Origin: a virus
Taxonomy: Duplodnaviria > Caudoviricetes
Direction: 5' to 3' (one strand)
Length of the DNA stretch: 25,828 nt
IMG/VR virus record: IMGVR_UViG_3300005764_001445
Coordinates: 1-25,828 of that record
The notes under the pieces are model-generated. The model was not told where the DNA came from, ran no database searches, and was given only the letters and a program-made list of their open reading frames with translations. Below are positions 1 through 9,241 of the stretch, piece after piece (the stretch's first letter is position 1; every line of letters begins with the position of its first letter). A program made the translations under genes and the position numbers.

Positions 1-2
1 TG

Positions 3-881
3 ATGGAGCACACGATAGGCTCCGCCGCCAACGCGGTCGCTGACAGCATGGGATTCTGGTGGAAGCATGCGCTCGGCAGCTCGATCGTGACGCCGACGCT
101 GGTGCTCGGCACCGCGTACAAGCAGAACCACACCAACGGCTCCAAGGCCGGGCTGTTCATGACGTTGCAGGTGGGCCGCCCGCAGATCTCCGGTGTCACC
201 GTGCAGCCCTTTACGTACACAGGCGTGAAATGCACCGACTGGGAATTCAGCTGCAATGACAACCAGATCGCCCAGCTGAAGCTGACCTGTGACGGGCAGA
301 ACGAGTCCACCGGCGTCGCCCTCGCCGCCGCCTCGTACCCGACGCCGAACGGGCTGTTCGCGTTCTCCGACGCCTCCATCATGACCCTGGGCGGCACCGC
401 CACCACGTCGGCGGGGGAAACGACGGTGGCGTCGGGGACGTCGATCGCCTCCCGGGTCAACGGGATCACCATCACCGGCACTACCCCGATGAAAGTCGAC
501 AGGTACGGTCTCGGGAACCAGGGATTGAAGGGGGAGCCGATAGAGAATGCGATTCCCACGATTACCGGCACTCTTTCGACGGAGTTCTACAGCCGGACTG
601 AGCTGTATGACGTGTTCAAGACCGCCGGGACCACTGTGATGCAATTGGATTTCACGAAGATGGACGCGAACGGGAACGACGCGAACGGCGTCGCCGCCGG
701 CCCGAACCCCTACCGGCTGTCCTTCATCCTCCCCGCCGTAAAGTTCAAGACGGGAAGCGTCAACGTGGGCGGCCCGGATGTGATCCCGCAGTCGATCGGG
801 TTCCAGGCATATGATGACGGATCGGGCTCCAACCCGGTTATCCAGGTGAAGCTTGTGTCGAAGGAATCGTCGGCGATCTGA
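3..881 (+). CDS. Major tail (tail tube) protein, probably 5'-truncated by the window
   Basis: Beta-rich T/G/S protein (TLQVGRPQ..PFTYTGVKCTDWEFS, FILPAVKF..NVGGPDVIPQSIGFQAYD) typical of actinophage tail tubes; directly upstream of chaperone and tape measure. Confidence 0.8.
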   Translation: MEHTIGSAANAVADSMGFWWKHALGSSIVTPTLVLGTAYKQNHTNGSKAGLFMTLQVGRPQISGVTVQPFTYTGVKCTDWEFSCNDNQIAQLKLTCDGQNESTGVALAAASYPTPNGLFAFSDASIMTLGGTATTSAGETTVASGTSIASRVNGITITGTTPMKVDRYGLGNQGLKGEPIENAIPTITGTLSTEFYSRTELYDVFKTAGTTVMQLDFTKMDANGNDANGVAAGPNPYRLSFILPAVKFKTGSVNVGGPDVIPQSIGFQAYDDGSGSNPVIQVKLVSKESSAI

Positions 882-1411
882 TGATCTTCAACTTGTGGTC
901 CCGGCTGCTTATCAAGGTGGGGGATGATGAGCGGCACGTGTTCGACCGGTCGCGCCTCATGTACACCGAGGTCGCCGAGATCGAGAAGGTGTCCGGCCTG
1001 TCCTTCGGGGAGTGGGAACGGGAGCTGTCCCGGTACAGCATCACCGCGATCGCCCCGCTGATCCACGTGCTGCGGAAGCGGGACGGGCAGGCCAGCGATT
1101 TCGCGCTGATGCAGTTCAACGCCGCGTCCCTGGATGTGGTGCCGCTGCATGACGACGGCACGGAGTACACCACCGCAGAGGCGGCGGAGGAGCTGGAGCG
1201 GCGGCTGAAGAAGGCGGAGACGGACCCTACCGGCGGCGGGGACGCCCCCGCCCTGCCGCCCCCGGAGGATACGAGCATTACAAGCCGGTCTTCGCTGAAC
1301 GGCTCGGGATCCGGCCGTGGGAATGGGACCGGCTCAGCTGGGATGACTTCCGGCAGTGCAAAGCGTACGTCGATGCGCAGCTCGACCGGCAGCAGCAGCA
1401 GGCGGGGTTAG
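881..1411 (+). CDS. Tail assembly chaperone (gpG-like); low-complexity tail after DPT suggests a frameshifted gpGT product
   Basis: TGATG coupling to tail tube; lies between tail tube and tape measure; Ser/Gly-rich tail after GAC CCT ACC (1223-1231) while the -1 frame reads as a plausible protein. Confidence 0.75.
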   Translation: MIFNLWSRLLIKVGDDERHVFDRSRLMYTEVAEIEKVSGLSFGEWERELSRYSITAIAPLIHVLRKRDGQASDFALMQFNAASLDVVPLHDDGTEYTTAEAAEELERRLKKAETDPTGGGDAPALPPPEDTSITSRSSLNGSGSGRGNGTGSAGMTSGSAKRTSMRSSTGSSSRRG

Positions 1412-1638
1412 CGCCGCTGCCCGTCCGGCGCGGGGTTGCCGTGCCAGGCGCGGATGAACCACACGATTCCCCACAGCCCGCCGGTCAGGATCGTGAGCAG
1501 CAGGTGCAGGATGTGCTGCCCTGCGGTCAGCGGCACCCGCCGCGGCCGCGGGCCTGCGGCGCGTTCCTCTGCCTGGTTCATCCATGTGTCGGCGAGCGCC
1601 CGGAACCCCCGGTGCTCCTGTTCGGTGCTCATAGTTAA
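1225..1638 (+). CDS. Putative -1 frameshift extension (gpT-like) of the tail chaperone
   Basis: -1 frame reads ..YEHYKPVFAERLGIRPWEWDRLSWDDFRQCKAYVDAQL.., no obvious own start, open to 1638. Confidence 0.55.
   Translation, partial: PYRRRGRPRPAAPGGYEHYKPVFAERLGIRPWEWDRLSWDDFRQCKAYVDAQLDRQQQQAGLAPLPVRRGVAVPGADEPHDSPQPAGQDREQQVQDVLPCGQRHPPRPRACGAFLCLVHPCVGERPEPPVLLFGAHS
1408..1632 (-). CDS. Small membrane protein, antisense moron in the tail operon
   Basis: HILHLLLTILTGGLWGIVWFI hydrophobic motif; ATG at 1632 lies 7 nt after a TATGTT -10-like hexamer (leaderless). Confidence 0.65.
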   Translation of the reverse strand: MSTEQEHRGFRALADTWMNQAEERAAGPRPRRVPLTAGQHILHLLLTILTGGLWGIVWFIRAWHGNPAPDGQRR

Positions 1639-1658
1639 CAACATACCCCGGAAGGCGG

Positions 1659-2141
1659 ATGCTGATGCCGGAGGACGGCGCGGTGCAGCTGGAACGGGTC
1701 GCTGAGCGGCTTTTCCAGGCCGGGACGCAGGGGCAGGGGCTGCGGCGGGAGCTGGTCAAGGCGGTCAACGCCGCCGCGGAGCCGCTCGCGAAGGAGATCA
1801 GCAGCCTCGACCATCTCATCCCCTACCTCCCCGACCGGTACGCCGGGATTCTGCACAGGGACCTGTCGGTGGCCGCGAAGAAAAGCTTCACCGCCGACCC
1901 GCAGGTGTCGCTGGTCGCGAAGGCCCGGGAACGGAAACGGAAAGTGGTGCTGCTGGACCGGGGCATCATCAACCATCCCGTCTGGGCGCGCGGTGCCCGG
2001 AGAACATGGCGCTGGTCGAACAGCCAGACGGGCGGGATGAAAGCCGGGTTCTTCAGCGACGTCGCAGACCGGCACGGGCCGCAGATCCGCGCCCGGGTGA
2101 TGCGGGCGCTGACCGAGACTGAGCGGCAGATCACCTCCTGA
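1659..2141 (+). CDS. Tail-associated protein (HK97 gp10-like tail completion family, tentative)
   Basis: Basic helical protein (LRRELVKAVNAAAEPL..HPVW..GFF); TGATG-coupled to tape measure. Confidence 0.55.
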   Translation: MLMPEDGAVQLERVAERLFQAGTQGQGLRRELVKAVNAAAEPLAKEISSLDHLIPYLPDRYAGILHRDLSVAAKKSFTADPQVSLVAKARERKRKVVLLDRGIINHPVWARGARRTWRWSNSQTGGMKAGFFSDVADRHGPQIRARVMRALTETERQITS

Positions 2142-4630
2142 TGCCCGGGAACCTGCAGCAGCTGATATTCGACATCATCGCCCGCGACCACGCCTCCGAA
2201 GGCCTGACCCATGCGGGGACAGCGGCGCGGAAAGCCGGCGTCGACGTCGCGGGACTGCAGGAGCGGCTGAAGAAACTGTCCGGCACCACCGCGCAGGCGC
2301 GGATCGACCTGCAGGGCAATGACAAGGCGATCGCCGAGCTCGACAAGATTAACGTGAAGCTGCTGTCGCTGGACCGGCGCACTTCAAGCCGGCTGACGGT
2401 GGAGGGCGCCGCCCGCGCGACCGCGGAGATCGCCGCCGTCGAGCATGAGCTGAACAAGATCAGCAGCCCCGGCGGCACGGCGGAGAAGGCCACCGCCGCG
2501 CTCGGCTCCGGCGCCGGGGGCCTGTCCGGCATGTCCGGGATGGGCGCGCTGATCGGCGCGGGGGTTGCGCTGTCCCCGGTCCTGGTGACGCTGGGCACCG
2601 GGCTGGCGGGGTTCGGGGCCGCCGCGTTCGCGGTCGCGAAGCCCATCATGGACGCCGCCTCCAAAACTGGCGGCCTCGCCGCGAACATGAAGAAGCTGGA
2701 CCCGGAGCAGCAGACGGTCGCGCGGGGGGTCCTGGCGCTCGGGAAGCAGTTCGACACGTTCCAGAAGGCGCTGAAACCCGAGGTGCTGAGCGTGTTCGGC
2801 GGCGGCCTGAAGATCGCCGGGGACCTGCTGCACGATATTCAGCCGGTCGCGGTCGCGACGGGAAAAGCCCTGGATACTGTCCTGTCCCGGGTTGACGCGG
2901 AGTTCCAGTCTAAGCAATGGCAGCAGTTCTTCACCTGGATGGCGCAGAACGCCGGCCCCGACATGAAGCTCGTCGCCGACAACCTGATCGCCCTGATGAA
3001 CGACATCCCGCTGCTGGTGCAGGAACTGCAGCCCCTGGCGACCGGGTTCCTGAAGGTCACCGACGCGATACTGAACCTCCCCACCGGGATACAGAAGGTG
3101 ACCGCCGCGATACAGCAGCGCACCGGGGCGCGCGGCAATTCGGTGTTCGACGAGATCAGCCGGTTCGTCAGCTGGGGAGAGCATCATCTTCCCGCCGGGA
3201 ACAAGTCGATCTCCGACCTGATCGGGCTGACCAGCCAGGCCTCCACGGCGATCGGCAGCGCCGGCACCGTCATGCATGACGCGGGACTGAAGGCGATCAC
3301 CTACCAGCAGCAGCTCGACCAGGTGCGGTACTCCACGAAACTGCTGATGGACCAGCAGAACACCGCGCTGAGCGCGCAGCTCGCCTACGGCAACTCGCTG
3401 GTGACCGCCGCGGACGACGCGGTGACGCTGAAGCAGAAACTGCATGACAGCGCGGGGCAGATCGGGCTGCAGACCCAGGCGCAAAGGGACAGCTTCGCCG
3501 CCGCGAACACCTACATCGGGGACCTCGCCAGCGTGGCGACCAACGCGTACAAGTCGGGTCACGGTGTGGACGCGGCGATCACCGCGATACAGAACGGCCT
3601 GCCCACCCTGGACTCGGCGAAGACGAAGAACAGGCAGTACTGGCAGGAAGTCGCCACGCTGAAAGGGTGGCTCGACAAGCTGCGGGCGGAGAAGGCGATC
3701 AGCGAGAACATCAAGCTGATCGGCGCGGGCCGGTGGGTGGTCACCGGCGGTCCCGACGCGGGCACCATCCGGGCGATGGGCGGGCACACCGCGAAGGGGT
3801 GGCTGGTGTCCGGCGGCACCCCCGGCCGGGACAGCGTGCCGATCATGGCGATGCCCGGCGAGCTCGTCGTCCCCACCCCGATGGTGCAGGCCGGCCTCGT
3901 CGACCACCTGCGCGGCACCATCCCCGGATTCGCGGCGGGCGGGATCGTCGGCGGTTACGGCGGGGACCTTAGCGGGCTGCAGCCGTGGGGCGCCGCGAAC
4001 TGGGCGGCCGGCAAGACCATGATCAGCGTGGCGATGGCGGAGGCCATGTCGAAGGCGTTCGCCGGATGGACCGCCGGCGCGAACGCCGGGCTCGCCGCCT
4101 CCGGCGGCGGCGGCAGTGTCGGCGCGTGGATCGCCGCATCGCTGGGCTTCAACCGGCTGCCCGGCTCCTGGGCGCCGCTGATGCGGATCCTCGTGCAGAA
4201 AGAGTCAGGCGGCAATCCCCTCGCGTATAACCCCGTCTCGGTGATGGGCTACCACGCGGAGGGCATCGCGCAGATGCTCTTGCCGACGTTCCAGGCGTAT
4301 GCGGCGGCGGGGCACGGGAACATCTGGAACCCGGTCGACAACCTGATCGCCTCCGAACGCTATATCCGGGCCATCTACGGGTCCCCGGCGGGGATCGCGG
4401 GACTGACCGGCGGCGGCACCTACTACGGGTACGACCAGGGCGGCTACCTCCCGCCCGGCCTGTCCCTCGCCTTTAACGGGACGGGGCGCCCGGAACCGGT
4501 GGGCGCCGGCGCCACCTATGTCATCAACGTCGCCGTGTCGCCGCTCGCCCACCCCGCGGATACGGGGCGGGCGGTGGTGAACGCGATCCGCGCGTTCGAG
4601 CAGCGGTCCGGCGCCGGGTGGCGATCATAA
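2141..4630 (+). CDS. Tape measure protein with C-terminal lytic transglycosylase (SLT) domain
   Basis: 829 aa, Ala/Gly-rich, N-terminal FDIIARD; DSVPIMAMPGELVV and YDQGGYLPPG motifs; SLT motifs KESGGNP, GIAQMLLPTF, NPVDNLIASERYIRAIYG. Confidence 0.92.
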   Translation: MPGNLQQLIFDIIARDHASEGLTHAGTAARKAGVDVAGLQERLKKLSGTTAQARIDLQGNDKAIAELDKINVKLLSLDRRTSSRLTVEGAARATAEIAAVEHELNKISSPGGTAEKATAALGSGAGGLSGMSGMGALIGAGVALSPVLVTLGTGLAGFGAAAFAVAKPIMDAASKTGGLAANMKKLDPEQQTVARGVLALGKQFDTFQKALKPEVLSVFGGGLKIAGDLLHDIQPVAVATGKALDTVLSRVDAEFQSKQWQQFFTWMAQNAGPDMKLVADNLIALMNDIPLLVQELQPLATGFLKVTDAILNLPTGIQKVTAAIQQRTGARGNSVFDEISRFVSWGEHHLPAGNKSISDLIGLTSQASTAIGSAGTVMHDAGLKAITYQQQLDQVRYSTKLLMDQQNTALSAQLAYGNSLVTAADDAVTLKQKLHDSAGQIGLQTQAQRDSFAAANTYIGDLASVATNAYKSGHGVDAAITAIQNGLPTLDSAKTKNRQYWQEVATLKGWLDKLRAEKAISENIKLIGAGRWVVTGGPDAGTIRAMGGHTAKGWLVSGGTPGRDSVPIMAMPGELVVPTPMVQAGLVDHLRGTIPGFAAGGIVGGYGGDLSGLQPWGAANWAAGKTMISVAMAEAMSKAFAGWTAGANAGLAASGGGGSVGAWIAASLGFNRLPGSWAPLMRILVQKESGGNPLAYNPVSVMGYHAEGIAQMLLPTFQAYAAAGHGNIWNPVDNLIASERYIRAIYGSPAGIAGLTGGGTYYGYDQGGYLPPGLSLAFNGTGRPEPVGAGATYVINVAVSPLAHPADTGRAVVNAIRAFEQRSGAGWRS

Positions 4631-6643
4631 GTGACGACCCCGAACATCGTGGTGCCGCAGCTGATCGTGGAGGCGGGGCTGGTCACCACGAACCCGGTGC
4701 AGCCCGGGACGGTGCTGATCCTCGACGACATCACGTTCGGGCTGCTGGACACCGGCACCCTCGCCGCCGATGACACGTGGACGGACCTGTCATCCGGGTT
4801 CCCGCAGCGCGTGCTCGGCTTCACCATCAGCCGCCCCTCGACCCGGCTGCAGGGCCCCTTGTGGAATTACCAGGCGGCCACCGCCAGCATCCTGTGCGAC
4901 AACAGCGACGGCGCGCTGGACCCGGACAATCTCGCCGGCCCGTACGTGACCGGGGGGGCGACGCAGCTTCTCCCGATGGTGCCGGTGCGGGTCCGCGGCG
5001 TATTCGCCGGCGCGGCGTACCCGCTGTATTCGGGGTTCGCGGACGGGTGGGTGCCCGCGCAGGTCACCTATCTCGGCGGGTACGCGGCGGTCACGATCCC
5101 GTGCACCGACGGGTTCAAGATCCTCGCCGGCACGACGCTGGCCGCCAGCTCAGCCGTGGGGACGGGGGACACGTCGGGGGCGCGGGTGAACCGGATCCTC
5201 ACCCTCGCCGGCTGGTACACCACCCGCCGTGTCATCAGCGCCGGGAACAGCACGGTGCAGGGCACCACGCTGGGCGCGGATGCGCTGAGCCTGATGCAGA
5301 TCGCCACGGACAGCGAGATCGGGCAGCTCTACCAGGATTCGGCCGGGGCGGTGCGGTTCCGCGCCCGCCGGGACCTGCTCACCACCACCCGCTCGGACAC
5401 CATCCAGGCGATTTTCGGGGACCTGCCCGGCACCGTGCACCCCGCCGGCACCCGCCCGACCAGCACCGCGAACAACTTCGAGGGCGGCACCGCGGGCAGC
5501 ACTATCACCGCCGCCGGGTCCGGGGGAGCGTCCGGGGCGGCGTTCGACATCATCATCACGTCGGGCGGCGGCACCGTCACCTGGTCGAATACGCAGGCCG
5601 CGCACGGTGCCCTGTCCGGCTCCTGCGTCACCACCGGGTCCGCGTCCGCCGCCCAGTTCGGCTACTCGTCCGCGGTCCTCGGCACCGCGGACCCGCAGCT
5701 GTGGACCCGCTTCTACCTGTACCTGTCCGCCCTCCCGGCGGCCGCGGACTCGCTGATGCGGTTCGGGAACGGCGCCGGCTCCACATTGCTGACCAAGATC
5801 AGCCTCGGCACCACCGGGAAGATCACCGTCGGCGCCACCACCTCCTCCTGGTCGCTGCCGGCGGCGCAGTGGGTGCGGGTCGAGGCTAACCTCACGTTCC
5901 CCGGCGACTCCACCGCCGCGTTCACCCTGCACGCCTACCTCACCCCGGACGGGGCGACCGCCGACTACACCCTCACCAGTACCGGGGAGACGTTCGGCGC
6001 GGTCGCCGGGTGCAATGACGTGCGGTGGGGGATGACGAACAGCGCCGCCAGCAACTTCACCGCCTTCTTCGACGACGTCGACGTTAACAGCACCGGGTAT
6101 GACGGCCCCGCAACCGGGACCGCCTTCACGGAGCTGCCGTATGCGGCGGTGGGGCGGATGATCGACGACACCACCGTCGCGAACGACGTGCAGGCCACCC
6201 GCCTCGGCGGGACGCTGCAGGAGGTGAAGGACACCGCGTCGATCGCGAAACTCCGCTTCCCCCGCTCCTACGCCCGCAGTGATCTCATCCTGCAAACGGA
6301 CACGGATGCGCTGGGGTGGGCGCAGTGGGTCCTCGGGATCAGCAAGACCGCCGAAGACCGCTTCGAATCCCTCACCATCGACCCGCAGGCCGACCCGTAC
6401 AGCCTCTGGCCCCAGTGCCTCGGCCGGGAGATCGGCGACCGGATCCAGGTGTGGCACCGCCCCGCGTCGGTGGCCGGGTTCGCGAAGGACTGCTTCATCA
6501 GCGGCATCACCCACGCCTGGGATTCCGTCAGCCAGGCGTGGCAGACCACCTGGACGCTGCAGGACGCCACCCGGTACAGCTCTTACCTCGTCCTCGACGC
6601 CCCCGTGCTGGGGCAGCTCGACCTGAACATGCTCGCCTGGTAA
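4631..6643 (+). CDS. Minor tail/baseplate hub protein with an internal beta-sandwich insertion
   Basis: Follows tape measure; hub-like motifs (SEIGQLYQDSAGAVRFRAR, EIGDRIQV..FISGITHAW..WQTTWTL); T/S/G-rich insert at about 5450-6120. Confidence 0.8.
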   Translation: MTTPNIVVPQLIVEAGLVTTNPVQPGTVLILDDITFGLLDTGTLAADDTWTDLSSGFPQRVLGFTISRPSTRLQGPLWNYQAATASILCDNSDGALDPDNLAGPYVTGGATQLLPMVPVRVRGVFAGAAYPLYSGFADGWVPAQVTYLGGYAAVTIPCTDGFKILAGTTLAASSAVGTGDTSGARVNRILTLAGWYTTRRVISAGNSTVQGTTLGADALSLMQIATDSEIGQLYQDSAGAVRFRARRDLLTTTRSDTIQAIFGDLPGTVHPAGTRPTSTANNFEGGTAGSTITAAGSGGASGAAFDIIITSGGGTVTWSNTQAAHGALSGSCVTTGSASAAQFGYSSAVLGTADPQLWTRFYLYLSALPAAADSLMRFGNGAGSTLLTKISLGTTGKITVGATTSSWSLPAAQWVRVEANLTFPGDSTAAFTLHAYLTPDGATADYTLTSTGETFGAVAGCNDVRWGMTNSAASNFTAFFDDVDVNSTGYDGPATGTAFTELPYAAVGRMIDDTTVANDVQATRLGGTLQEVKDTASIAKLRFPRSYARSDLILQTDTDALGWAQWVLGISKTAEDRFESLTIDPQADPYSLWPQCLGREIGDRIQVWHRPASVAGFAKDCFISGITHAWDSVSQAWQTTWTLQDATRYSSYLVLDAPVLGQLDLNMLAW

Positions 6644-6653
6644 AGGAGCATTC

Positions 6654-7157
6654 TTGGCTACCAAGACGTGGAACGCGGGGGATGTGCTGACCGCCGCGGA
6701 CATGAACGCGTGGACGGTGCCGCTCGCCGCGTACCGCACCACCACCCAGTCGGTCACCTCGAGCACCACCCTCGTCAACGACAACGCGCTGTTCTTCACG
6801 GTGGCGGCGAACTGCTTCTACCGGGTGGAGCTGGTAGCCGCCTATGACGCGGCGACTGCCGGGGACTTCAAATTCGCGTTCACGGTCCCCGCCGCCGCGG
6901 TCATCACGATGGTCTACGCGTCGTTCTACACCGGCGGGGCGGCGGTCACCACCGATGACCAGATCGTCAGCGAGGTCAGCCTCCCCATCGCCGGGGGTCT
7001 CGGCGCCGGCACCGCCTGCGCGGTGCACGCCGTCTACTTCCTGAACATGGGCGCGAACTCCGGCACCCTGCAATTCCAGTGGGCGCAGGGCACCTCGTCG
7101 GCGACCGCCACGATCATCCACGGCGGCTCATCGCTGATCGCGCAGCGGATCGGCTGA
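6654..7157 (+). CDS. Minor tail protein (fibre/spike-like)
   Basis: AAGGAG RBS, TTG start; N-terminal WNAGDVLTAADMN motif common in actinophage minor tail proteins; GTLQFQWAQ beta domain. Confidence 0.75.
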   Translation: MATKTWNAGDVLTAADMNAWTVPLAAYRTTTQSVTSSTTLVNDNALFFTVAANCFYRVELVAAYDAATAGDFKFAFTVPAAAVITMVYASFYTGGAAVTTDDQIVSEVSLPIAGGLGAGTACAVHAVYFLNMGANSGTLQFQWAQGTSSATATIIHGGSSLIAQRIG

Positions 7158-8131
7158 TGCGCGGCCGCCCGTATGCCCCCGTGCTGCTCGCCGCCGCCGC
7201 CGTGCTGGCCGTGGCCGGGTTCCAGTTCCGCGCCGATCCGGCGGGGGCGGCGCGCCCGCACCCGTCGTGCTGGCCGCCGGGACACTGCCGCACCGTCACC
7301 CCCAGCCCGACGGTTACCCCGACTAGCCCGGCGCCCACCCCGACCGTCACCACGCCCGCGCCGACGACCCCGGCACCCAGCCCCACGGTCACCGGGGCGG
7401 CGTGCACGGTGCCCCTCGGCCAGAACTGCGGCCCCTACACTTACCCGCCGGTTCCCATGTCGAACGGGTTCGACACTTACGTCGCGAACCAGGACGTCGG
7501 GGCGCTGCCCGGCACCGCGCAGACCGTCACCGCCGCCGATCCGGGTCACTGGTCGCTGACCGCCAGCGATATCCCCGCCGGGTATGAGGGCGTGCAGGCA
7601 TTCCCCGATATCCAGCAGCTCACCAACGACTGGTGCGGCACCGGATGGGGCGGCTGCGCCAGCCCTTCGGACACCCCGCTGGATGCGCTGTCGCACCTGA
7701 CGGTCAGCTACGCCGAAACCTCCCCCGCCGCGGGGATATGGGAGTTCGCCCCTGACATATGGTCCGCGAACTACCCGTCGGATGTGATGTTCTGGGCCGA
7801 CACCCTTAACCGCTGCAATGCGGGGGCGTTCGGCTCCACGCTGCTGGGCAGCGTGATGCTCAGCGGGCAGGACTGGACGGCGCACCGGTACGGCGGGGCG
7901 GGCGCGGAGATCATTTTCACCCTCGACGGGCCCGCCGGCCCGGGCAGCTGCGCCCGCCAGCCGGCCGGCATCATCGACATCAAGGCCGGCCTGGACTGGC
8001 TGACCGCGAACGGGTACGTCACCGGGCCGGAGGTGCTCACCCAGCTCAACACCGGGTGGGAGATCTGCTCCACCGCCGGCGCCAGCCTCAGCTTCACGGT
8101 CAGCTCCTACACGATCAGCGCCGGCCCGTGA
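7157..8131 (+). CDS. Secreted GH12-like (cellulase/xyloglucanase fold) glycoside hydrolase
   Basis: TGATG-coupled start at 7157; signal-peptide-like N-terminus, Pro/Thr linker, GH12-like motifs VQAFP, APDIW..DVMFW, GIIDIK..LDWL..NGY, LTQLNTGWEI. Confidence 0.7.
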   Translation: MRGRPYAPVLLAAAAVLAVAGFQFRADPAGAARPHPSCWPPGHCRTVTPSPTVTPTSPAPTPTVTTPAPTTPAPSPTVTGAACTVPLGQNCGPYTYPPVPMSNGFDTYVANQDVGALPGTAQTVTAADPGHWSLTASDIPAGYEGVQAFPDIQQLTNDWCGTGWGGCASPSDTPLDALSHLTVSYAETSPAAGIWEFAPDIWSANYPSDVMFWADTLNRCNAGAFGSTLLGSVMLSGQDWTAHRYGGAGAEIIFTLDGPAGPGSCARQPAGIIDIKAGLDWLTANGYVTGPEVLTQLNTGWEICSTAGASLSFTVSSYTISAGP

Positions 8132-8195
8132 CACGGTTCCTGGTGCCCCGCACCGCGCACTGCGACGGCGGCGCCTTACACCCCCGGAGGACTCA

Positions 8196-9077
8196 TTGCG
8201 CGGAATCGACTACGCGTGGGCTAACCCGAAACCTCTCCCGTCCTGCCTCAAAACCAACGGGGTGGGCTTCATCATGCGCTATTTCTCGTGGGACCCGGCC
8301 AAGGACCTCACCCTGGCGGAGCTCACCGATGCGGTCGCCGCCGGGCTGACGGTGGGGGTGGTGTGGGAGACCACCGCGAACCGGATGCTCGCCGGGCACT
8401 CCGCCGGGGTCACCGACGCCACCGAATCCGACAAGCGCCTCAAATCCCTCGGGATGACCGGGAACCCCGTCTATTTCGCGTGCGACTGGGACGCCGCGGA
8501 AACCGAGCAGCCCGTCATCCATGCTTACCTTGACGGCGCCGCGAGCGTGATCAGCCGGGAAAGAACCGGGATGTACGGCGGCTACTGGCCCGTGAAGCGG
8601 GCGTTCGACGCGGGGAAGATCACCTTCGGGTGGCAGACCTACGCCTGGTCGGGCGGCAACTGGGACACCAGGGCGCAATTGCGGCAGGTGCAGAACGACG
8701 TCACCGTCTGCGGCACCCCCTCGGACTGGGATGAATCCCGCGCCACGGACTTCGGGCAGTACCCGCGCCCCGGCACCACCCCGCCTGTCCCCCCGGTGGT
8801 GAAGCCGCCCCCGTTCCCCTACCCCGCCGCGGATTACCTCGGCACTGAGTCCGCGGACCCGCACTGCCACTCCGGGTACCACGCCGCCGACCGGCCCAAC
8901 ATCACCACCTGGCAATCGAAGATGAGCGCCCGCGGGTGGACGATCAGCGCCGACGGGCGGTTCGGGCCGCAGTCCGACGGGGTGTGCCGCCAGTTCCAGG
9001 CAGAGAAGCACCTCACGGTGGACGGGAAAGTCGGCCCCCAGACCTGGGCCGCCACGTGGACCGCGCCGGTGACGTGA
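8196..9077 (+). CDS. Endolysin: DUF1906/GH25-like (Rv2525c-like) domain plus C-terminal peptidoglycan-binding domain
   Basis: GGAGG RBS, TTG start; GIDYAW, FIMRYFS, VVWET, PVYFACDWD, GMYGG, WQTYAWS; PG_binding_1-like ADGRFGPQS..FQAEKHLTVDGKVGPQTW. Confidence 0.88.
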   Translation: MRGIDYAWANPKPLPSCLKTNGVGFIMRYFSWDPAKDLTLAELTDAVAAGLTVGVVWETTANRMLAGHSAGVTDATESDKRLKSLGMTGNPVYFACDWDAAETEQPVIHAYLDGAASVISRERTGMYGGYWPVKRAFDAGKITFGWQTYAWSGGNWDTRAQLRQVQNDVTVCGTPSDWDESRATDFGQYPRPGTTPPVPPVVKPPPFPYPAADYLGTESADPHCHSGYHAADRPNITTWQSKMSARGWTISADGRFGPQSDGVCRQFQAEKHLTVDGKVGPQTWAATWTAPVT

Positions 9078-9238
9078 GAACCCGGCTGCTGGTGCTGCTG
9101 CTCGGCTGCGCCGCCATCGTGCTCAGCGGCCTCGTCCTCGCCCGCAACATCGCCGCGCTTGACGACGAGTTCCTAGCCGGCGGCATCCTCGCCGCCGGGC
9201 TGGCGGTCATCCTCGCCGCCCTCCCCCCCGACGCGTAA
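9074..9238 (+). CDS. Small two-TM membrane protein, holin candidate
   Basis: GTGA overlap with endolysin stop; 54 aa with two hydrophobic segments. Confidence 0.55.
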   Translation: MRTRLLVLLLGCAAIVLSGLVLARNIAALDDEFLAGGILAAGLAVILAALPPDA

Positions 9239-9241
9239 CAG

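Noticed and set aside
4120-4400. Lytic transglycosylase domain in the tape measure as a novelty
   Set aside because: Well-known feature of actinophage tape measure proteins
7290-7395. Repetitive DNA in the glycanase gene
   Set aside because: Explained by the Pro/Thr linker
2384-8134. Long minus-strand ORFs (507, 549, 366 aa) opposite the tail genes
   Set aside because: Antisense shadows of high-GC coding sequence with no recognisable motifs
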